Shown here: positions 57,544 to 64,000 of the stretch, one piece after another
Numbering within the stretch: position 1 is the first letter of the stretch
How the letters are laid out: each line of letters begins with the position of its first letter
From: Promethearchaeota archaeon
GTDB lineage: Archaea; Asgardarchaeota; Thorarchaeia; Thorarchaeales; Thorarchaeaceae
Length of the DNA: 64,000 nucleotides
Assembly (NCBI GenBank): GCA_014730275.1
Contig: WJIL01000132.1
Span: 122,026 to 186,025, forward strand
Direction of reading: 5' to 3'
Program-made: the position numbers and the translations under genes
The notes under the pieces: generated by a model
What the model saw: only the letters and a program-made list of their open reading frames with translations
Databases searched by the model: none
What the model was told of the DNA's origin: nothing

Positions 57544-59865
57544 GTGACCACTCGTGCTACCGGTGACACCGCCGGCGGCCTCCCAACCGAGTTTTCTCGT
57601 AAGGATAAACTTCGGCAGTTGGGAAAATGCTATCAGAATTTACGGGTGATTATATTGGTCAAAATCAAGGAGCCAGATGCGATTAGAAGGCTCATCAAAT
57701 CAGAGGACTACAAACATAAGCGGATTATTTCGATAAGTGCACACATAGATCACGGAAAAACAACGACGACGGATTATCTCATGCGTCGAGCAGGTCTTAT
57801 GAGCGACGCTGCTGCCGGCGAAGCGTTGATGACCGATAGCGACGAGGAAGAGCAAGAACGTGGTATTACCATCTTTACTTCTGTCGTGCTACTCAACTTC
57901 GAGGTGGAGGGTGAGGAGTATCTTGTTCAGCTATCAGATACCCCAGGCCATCTCTCGTTCACTGGTGAAGTATCACGTGCTCTACGTGCTAGCGATGGTG
58001 TAGTCATTTTGGTTGATGCTCTAGAAGGTGTAATGACACAAACAGAGACGAACATTCGTCTTGCAGTTGGAGGCGAAGGATGTAAACCTGTTTTGTATGT
58101 TAACAAGGTTGACCGATTAATCAACGAGCTGAAACTACCTCCAAAGAAGGTCTATGAACGAATAGACATCATTGTGGCGAAGGTCAATGAACTCATCAAG
58201 AAATATGCGCCTCCAGAGTTTGACTGGCGAGTTGCTTTCGAGGATGGCAGTGTTGCCATTGGAAGTGCCAAGACTGGATGGGCATTTACCATGGAGACTC
58301 TCCAGCGCCAAGGAGTCAAACCCGATATTGTCTTTGAGAAGTATCAGGAAGGAGATGACCGCTGGCTGAGAGAGAACCTTCCGCTTGATGATGCGCTTCT
58401 TGAAATGATGGTGAAACATCTTCCGAATCCAAAGGAAGCTCAGAAATTCAAAATACCGAGAATCTGGAAAGGAGATCCAGAAAGCCCCGAGGGCAAGGCA
58501 CTACTTGAATGCGATCGAGATGGTCCTCTATTGGGTATGATTACGAAAATCTACGTCGATCCTAAGAGCAAGCGACCAACCCTTATTGGACGTGTCTTCT
58601 CGGGCACTCTTACGGCTGGACAGGAAATCAAGCTAATCAACATGAAGAAGCGAGCCAGAGTTAAACGCCTGGGTGTTCAAGAGATTACAGATATCCTGCC
58701 TATGGAAGAGATACCGGCAGGGAATCTTTTCTCGATATTTGGTTTCATCTGTCCGTCAGGTGAGAGCTTCGTAGATGCGGGTTCAGATATGAAGGGCTTC
58801 GAGGCAATCGAATATGTGAGCGAACCTGTTGTGAGCCGAAGTATTAGACCGAAGGATCCTCAGGATATTGCCAAGCTCGGTGATGTTGTGAAAAAATGGA
58901 TTATGGCCGACCCAACCGCGAGGTTCTTCCATGATAAGGAATCTGGTGAGTATCGGCTTGATGGAATCGATCCCCTTCAAATCGAGATTCTCACACGTCG
59001 TATCAATGAACAGGTGCCGATTATCGTCTCAGAACCAATAATTGTGTATCGTGAGAAGATGACAGAGCGTGGAGACGAGTTCTTCACAAAGTCTCCGAAC
59101 GGACACAACCGCCTAGAAATGCACCTTGAGCCTTTGAATGACGAAACTGTGGAAATGATTCGTAAGAAGAAAATAACTGCGGACATGGACGAGAAAGAGC
59201 GTGCCAGAATGCTCCGTGATGAAGCTGATTGGGATCCAAAGGTTGCTAGGAACATTATTGACATCTATGAGAACTGCATGCTTGTTGACGACATGAAAGG
59301 CGTACAACGATTCGATCGAATTGAACCCTATGTGAAAGGTGCTTTCCGCGAATTTGTCGATTCTGGTCCCCTTGCTCATGAACCCGTCATGGGAGCAAAG
59401 GTCGTGCTGACTGATGCTACTGTCCACACAGACCCAGCGCACACGGGCTACAATGAGATAGCTACAATGACACGTGCTGGTCTCAACATGGGCTTCTTGA
59501 CTGGTCGACCTGGTTTGTACGAACCTGTTCTTAATGTTGACATCAAGACACCTCCCGAGACACAGGGCGGTGTTATCAAGGTCCTTACCTCCCATAGAGG
59601 ACAGATTGTCACAATAGAAGGCGAAGAAGACGCGGTTACAGTGAAGGGCACCTTGCCTACTGCTGAGACAATTGGCATTGCTGACGAGTTCCGCAGCGCT
59701 ACCGCTGGTAAAAGCTTCTTTGGTTACGAGTTCAAAGATTTCGAGCCATTGCCAAGTAACATGCAAGAAGAGAAGATTCTGGAGATTCGTGAGCGAAAAG
59801 CCATGCCAAAGGAATTGCCCAACTTGAACGCTTGGAGCAGGTATATCTACAAGCGAACAGGCTAA
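57544..59865 (+). CDS. translation elongation factor 2 (aEF-2) homologue with divergent domain-IV loop
   Basis: G1 AHIDHGKTT, G3 DTPGH, G4 NKVD. The full length of five domains aligns by eye with EF-2. The track ORF starts at the GTG at 57544. A GTG at 57646 or a TTG at 57655 would give a conventional ~740-aa protein. The diphthamide-loop region reads VHTDPAHTGYNE, not the canonical HEDAIHRGxxQ. Confidence 0.85.
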   Translation: MTTRATGDTAGGLPTEFSRKDKLRQLGKCYQNLRVIILVKIKEPDAIRRLIKSEDYKHKRIISISAHIDHGKTTTTDYLMRRAGLMSDAAAGEALMTDSDEEEQERGITIFTSVVLLNFEVEGEEYLVQLSDTPGHLSFTGEVSRALRASDGVVILVDALEGVMTQTETNIRLAVGGEGCKPVLYVNKVDRLINELKLPPKKVYERIDIIVAKVNELIKKYAPPEFDWRVAFEDGSVAIGSAKTGWAFTMETLQRQGVKPDIVFEKYQEGDDRWLRENLPLDDALLEMMVKHLPNPKEAQKFKIPRIWKGDPESPEGKALLECDRDGPLLGMITKIYVDPKSKRPTLIGRVFSGTLTAGQEIKLINMKKRARVKRLGVQEITDILPMEEIPAGNLFSIFGFICPSGESFVDAGSDMKGFEAIEYVSEPVVSRSIRPKDPQDIAKLGDVVKKWIMADPTARFFHDKESGEYRLDGIDPLQIEILTRRINEQVPIIVSEPIIVYREKMTERGDEFFTKSPNGHNRLEMHLEPLNDETVEMIRKKKITADMDEKERARMLRDEADWDPKVARNIIDIYENCMLVDDMKGVQRFDRIEPYVKGAFREFVDSGPLAHEPVMGAKVVLTDATVHTDPAHTGYNEIATMTRAGLNMGFLTGRPGLYEPVLNVDIKTPPETQGGVIKVLTSHRGQIVTIEGEEDAVTVKGTLPTAETIGIADEFRSATAGKSFFGYEFKDFEPLPSNMQEEKILEIRERKAMPKELPNLNAWSRYIYKRTG

Positions 59866-59958
59866 AGCTTTCAATATCAACGAAGGAGTGTGGTCAATCC
59901 GCACTCCAACTAATTCTTTTTTTGTATCTTGGAATAACTATTTCACTCACCATTTCCA

Positions 59959-61293
59959 TTGGTGCCAAGATTGCTTATGGGTCTAGATACGCTTTCTGTG
60001 CTTGAGACACTTGTTGAGACCAATACCGTTTCGGACAGAGACAAAGGAAAAAGGGCTTCATCAGAGTGTCCAAAATACATTACGAAGACCATAGAGGATT
60101 TCGGATTTACAACTGATATTCTGGAGTCAGAAGGATATTGGAGTGCATTCGGGAGAAAGGGAGATGGCGACAAGAAGATTCTGTTTCTTGCTCATTTTGA
60201 TACTGTTCCCCCCGGGAAGGGTTGGAAGACCGATCCTTTCGAGCTTGTAGTCGAGGGTAACCGCGCCTACGGCCGGGGAACTTGCGACGACAAGGGAAAC
60301 ATCGTTTCCATGCTCCTCCTAGCCGAAAAGCTGCAAACAACTAATCCGTCGATGACTGTCATGCTGGCAGCTACTGGTGATGAAGAAATAGGTGGGGCTC
60401 ATGGCGCTGGGAATCTTAGAAACTATCTTGATGAAAATGGTCTTATGCCCGATTATGTTGTAGTGGCAGATGGAATCGGTCAAGTGATAATCCATCGAAG
60501 ACGAAACGCTTTGCCGACCCACGTAAAAGTAAAGAAACACCTCTCTCAGATGAAGGGAGAAATCGAGACCAAACAATTCCAGACTGATCTTTTTGGCAGT
60601 GATACAAGACATTCAGCCTACCAACGACCTGGCGTAGATCGGCATGCCCTCTTGGCTGCCTCGAAATACCTTGATTTGCATCCATTTGCTGGAGTAACCA
60701 AGGTTGAAGGGGCTTTCGTAAAATCAAATGTGATTCCCGACTGGATTGAGCTTGAGATAGTGCATCCAGATGAATCTGGTGCGACGGTTGACTATGATCA
60801 GGGCCTTACTGACTTGTTACGAGCAGCTCTTCCAATGGCTCAAGCTGCATTTCCAACCGAGCATTCCGATATGGGGAAGGTTGTCTCTCCCAACTTACTC
60901 GAGCTAAAGGACGGTGTATGGGATCTCTATCTAGATGTTCGAGCCATGACAAATGATTCGGAAAGTGCAAAAAAAGCGTTCCAAGAATCACTGCGAGGAA
61001 AAGCCGAAGTTACATCTCTTACGGTTGGTGCAGGGCAAGGTTACGTTGATTCCGATCCCAATTCACAGCTAATCAAAGCGGCACGAAAAGCTCTTGATCG
61101 TATAGGAATCAAAACCCGATTGATTGAAGGTGGTGGCGCCTCTGATTCGCGTTATTTCGCGGGTGAGAATACCCAAGTCTTTGATTTTGGCCCAATTGGA
61201 GACAATCTACACGGAGCTAACGAATGGGTACTTGTGCCATCTATCGAGGAGAATGCCGAGTTCTTCTACGAACTCATCAACATTCTCTCATAG
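59959..61293 (+). CDS. M20-family metallopeptidase (ArgE/DapE-like)
   Basis: LAHFDTVPPGKGWKTDPF...GRGTCDDKGN, and the C-terminal dimerisation domain. Confidence 0.8.
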   Translation: MVPRLLMGLDTLSVLETLVETNTVSDRDKGKRASSECPKYITKTIEDFGFTTDILESEGYWSAFGRKGDGDKKILFLAHFDTVPPGKGWKTDPFELVVEGNRAYGRGTCDDKGNIVSMLLLAEKLQTTNPSMTVMLAATGDEEIGGAHGAGNLRNYLDENGLMPDYVVVADGIGQVIIHRRRNALPTHVKVKKHLSQMKGEIETKQFQTDLFGSDTRHSAYQRPGVDRHALLAASKYLDLHPFAGVTKVEGAFVKSNVIPDWIELEIVHPDESGATVDYDQGLTDLLRAALPMAQAAFPTEHSDMGKVVSPNLLELKDGVWDLYLDVRAMTNDSESAKKAFQESLRGKAEVTSLTVGAGQGYVDSDPNSQLIKAARKALDRIGIKTRLIEGGGASDSRYFAGENTQVFDFGPIGDNLHGANEWVLVPSIEENAEFFYELINILS

Positions 61294-61313
61294 TGTATTT
61301 CGGCAATAAGCCA

Positions 61314-64000
61314 CTACTTCGGTGTCATACCGACTTTCAGCTTCAAGTCGTCTATCTCCCAGTCTTTGACATACTCAAAACTGTCCCAGTCCACAGTCTC
61401 ATCTGGGCCAAAGAGCTGCATGGATTCCGCACGTGTTTCTGTTGCCAGATAGTCTGAAAACATGTCGGTCAGTTCTACGGATTCTTCATCTGAGAATTTC
61501 AGAACAAGCTCAAGCATCTCTTCCACATCAAGATCCATCTCTTTTCTCATGACCTGCACTCTACGCGTTACATCGCGGACCAATCCTTCGGCCTCGAGCT
61601 CTCGCGTACGGGTATTATCTACATAGACTGTTCCGAATCTGCTGTCCGAACGACTGAGTTCTCCTACTAGCTGCTCACTGAAACTGACATCATCGGGTTC
61701 TAGTTCCACCTCTTTCCCGTTGACATCTAACCTCGCCAAACCCTCTTCCAGCTCTTCCTTCAACCTTTTTGCATCAACATTTTCAAGGGCAGAAACTACT
61801 GCATCAGTATCGCCCTTGAACCTAGGGCCAAGATTCTCATAGTTGGGGTAGGTCTCGAGTTCGATGAACTGGGATGCCCGTTCCGAATCAATAACCTCGA
61901 ATTCTCTTGTATTTAGGTCTTCCAAGAGTATATCGTGAAGGTTGTTTGCCCGCTCAGCTGCATCACCGGAAGCCGGGACAAACATGATTTTCTTCACAGG
62001 ATGTCTCAGCTTTATTCCGCTCTTGTTTCGGGCATGGCTTGCTGCTGATCTAAGCTCCTCCAAGACATCAAAGGTTGCTTCGAGTTCCTCATCCAGATAA
62101 GAATCATTGACATCTGGCATATATGCCATGTTTATCGTTTCTGGTTGATCATCAGAGAACCTCATCAGAAAGTCTTGATGCAGTTTCTCGCCGAAGTACG
62201 GTGTGAATATATTCATGCAGCGGAGAGAGGTCTGCAGAGTGTAGAATAGCACATCATATGTCATCAATTTCTCGGGATTATCACTTTCTAACCAGACTCT
62301 TCGCTTCACAAGTGGGAGGTAGATTCTACTCAAGTCCTCAGTTATGAAATCAAGGAGGACCCTTGAAGCGTGATGATAGAGATACTCGTCCATATACCCA
62401 TGGAACTCTTCCAGGACACTCTGGACTCGCGATACGAGCCATTTTTCTTCCAGTTTGGCATCTGAGAGACCCGAAAACATCCGGTCCTTGTCAAATACAA
62501 ACTCGTCAAGCTCCATGTAAGTTTCAGCGAAGAGAAAAACGTTCCAGAAAATATCAAGTCGCTTTGTTATATGGTTCACTTCTTTGTTGCTGTAGTTGAG
62601 CCTTGTCCACGGTGCTGATCTGCTTAGCATGAACAATCGGAATGGGTCTGCGCCAACTTCATCAAAGGCATCTTCTGCCCACACTACATTTCCTTTTGAC
62701 TTGCTCATTTTTCCTCCGTGTTCATCAAGAACATGTCCTTGGCTTACACAAGCTTTGAATGGTGCTTCTCCATGCATTACTACCCCTGTGTAGAGGAGGC
62801 TATAGAACCATCCTCGGGACTGATCCACTGCTTCAGTGATGAAGTCATATGGGAAAAGCTGTGGGAACAAGCTCTCATCACCAAGATAATCCACACTGGC
62901 GGTATGGGCCATACCTGAATCAAGCCAGCAGTCAGTAACAAAGCTCTCTCGATGCATCATTCCTTCACATTCCGGGCATTCAAGTACAACCTTGTCAACC
63001 CATGGTCGATGCAATTCGAACTCGTCCGGAAATTCAACTGCTTTCTCTTTCAGTTCTTTGCGTGAACCTATGACTACCTCGTGTTGACAATCATCACACA
63101 CCCATACTGGCAGTGGGGAGCCCCATACTCTGGACCTGGATATGCACCAGTCATCAGCATTGGCCACCCAATCACCGAAACGGCCCGAACCTGCCCATTC
63201 GGGGGTCCAGTCGATTTGTTGGTTCTTCTCAACCAGTTTCTCTCGGACACCTTTCATTTTGAGAAACCATTGAGTACTATCTGCGACATAGATTAACGGT
63301 GTATCACAACGCCAACAGTGTGGATATTCGTGATCCACGGTCTCATCATGAAGGAGTAAGCCTTTTTCATCCAGTTGTTTGGGAACAATTTCGTTTGTAT
63401 CAAAAACATACTCCCCTTCGAACATGGGAACTTCTTCAGTAAATCGTCCCTGCTTCGTAACTGGGCAGAAGACAGGCACGCCAAATTCTTTACCTATGTC
63501 AAAGTCATCAGGTCCGAAACCTGGGGCTGTATGAACTAATCCTGTACCTTCATCTACTGTAACATGCCTTCCTGTGACCACTGCATGCATGTATTCTTCA
63601 TCGTGTTCTTGGTGCCATTCGACTTCGTCTCTGAATGGATGTTCGTATTTCCATCCGATCATTTCGTTGCCGCCTATTTTCTCAACTACTTCATAGTCTT
63701 CAACACCTGCTTTGTCCAAGACTGTTTCCATCAAATCCTCAACGAGCCACCAATATTCATCATCTACTTTCACTTTGACGTACTTGTAGTCGGGATGAAC
63801 AGATACCATCTCGTTTGATATGATGGTGAACGGAGTGGTCGTCCATATCACTAGATACTCGTTTTCTACCCCTTTTCTCTTGAATTTGACATATATAGAC
63901 GGGTCTGTTTTTGTTTCATAACCCTGGGATACTTCGTGACCTGAGAGCGCGGTTACACATCTGGGACAGATTGGATTTACTCTATAGCCCCTTCCCAGTA
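61314..64000 (-). CDS. ileS: isoleucine--tRNA ligase (partial; N-terminus beyond window end)
   Basis: KMSKSKGNVV and WCISRSRVWGSPLPVW. The reading frame continues open upstream of the track's GTG to the window edge, reading ...NPICPRCVTALSGHEVSQGYETKTDPSIYVKF..., which is the IleRS CP1 Zn-knuckle region. Confidence 0.8.
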   Translation of the reverse strand, partial: LGRGYRVNPICPRCVTALSGHEVSQGYETKTDPSIYVKFKRKGVENEYLVIWTTTPFTIISNEMVSVHPDYKYVKVKVDDEYWWLVEDLMETVLDKAGVEDYEVVEKIGGNEMIGWKYEHPFRDEVEWHQEHDEEYMHAVVTGRHVTVDEGTGLVHTAPGFGPDDFDIGKEFGVPVFCPVTKQGRFTEEVPMFEGEYVFDTNEIVPKQLDEKGLLLHDETVDHEYPHCWRCDTPLIYVADSTQWFLKMKGVREKLVEKNQQIDWTPEWAGSGRFGDWVANADDWCISRSRVWGSPLPVWVCDDCQHEVVIGSRKELKEKAVEFPDEFELHRPWVDKVVLECPECEGMMHRESFVTDCWLDSGMAHTASVDYLGDESLFPQLFPYDFITEAVDQSRGWFYSLLYTGVVMHGEAPFKACVSQGHVLDEHGGKMSKSKGNVVWAEDAFDEVGADPFRLFMLSRSAPWTRLNYSNKEVNHITKRLDIFWNVFLFAETYMELDEFVFDKDRMFSGLSDAKLEEKWLVSRVQSVLEEFHGYMDEYLYHHASRVLLDFITEDLSRIYLPLVKRRVWLESDNPEKLMTYDVLFYTLQTSLRCMNIFTPYFGEKLHQDFLMRFSDDQPETINMAYMPDVNDSYLDEELEATFDVLEELRSAASHARNKSGIKLRHPVKKIMFVPASGDAAERANNLHDILLEDLNTREFEVIDSERASQFIELETYPNYENLGPRFKGDTDAVVSALENVDAKRLKEELEEGLARLDVNGKEVELEPDDVSFSEQLVGELSRSDSRFGTVYVDNTRTRELEAEGLVRDVTRRVQVMRKEMDLDVEEMLELVLKFSDEESVELTDMFSDYLATETRAESMQLFGPDETVDWDSFEYVKDWEIDDLKLKVGMTPK

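Noticed and set aside
1-64000. CRISPR arrays, rRNA genes, IS elements/transposases, integrases, toxin-antitoxin pairs
   Set aside because: I saw no regularly spaced direct repeats and no recognisable transposase, integrase or rRNA signatures on either strand.

Overview
This window is archaeal chromosome with Asgard-like gene content. It is moderately AT-rich, genes are densely packed on both strands, and many neighbouring genes overlap by 4 nt (ATGA), which suggests translational coupling. I found no rRNA, CRISPR array, transposase or integrase.

The supported calls fall into six groups.
- Core information-processing genes: glutamine synthetase, class-I LysRS, CCA-adding enzyme, RtcB, an EF-2 homologue, a partial IleRS, ribosomal proteins eL13 and eS26, a TrmY-like SPOUT methyltransferase and a tRNA-Gln(CUG).
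- An archaeal-type coenzyme A biosynthesis cluster: CoaBC, pantoate kinase, phosphopantothenate synthetase and ketopantoate reductase.
- Inositol-lipid genes: myo-inositol-1-phosphate synthase and a CDP-alcohol phosphatidyltransferase.
- Two MacB/FtsX-type ABC transporters.
- Peptidases (M42, M20, and a giant surface protein with a possible caspase-like Cys-His dyad), a short XPF/ERCC4 nuclease and a crenarchaeal-type single-OB SSB.
- An unusually dense set of eukaryote-like regulatory GTPase components: four Ras-superfamily GTPases (one Rab-like, two MglA-like, one fused to a roadblock-like domain with a ~330-residue poly-acidic tail), at least four roadblock/MglB-like proteins, a longin-like protein and three V4R (TRAPP/Bet3-like, COG1719) proteins.

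The most interesting feature is a duplicated, translationally coupled module of a roadblock(MglB-like)-linker-winged-helix protein followed by V4R proteins (4913-6312 and 7801-9927). Each copy is preceded by a strong inverted repeat or palindrome. I propose this as a candidate, undescribed small-GTPase regulatory system (a GAP/GEF-like pair) for the MglA-like and Rab-like GTPases encoded in the same window.

Other noteworthy items are an EF-2 homologue with a divergent diphthamide loop, a decayed tandem duplication of the 5' end of a gene inside the CoA cluster, and a minimal 176-aa FtsX-only permease.

All calls rest on motif recognition by eye in the supplied translations. No database search was run.
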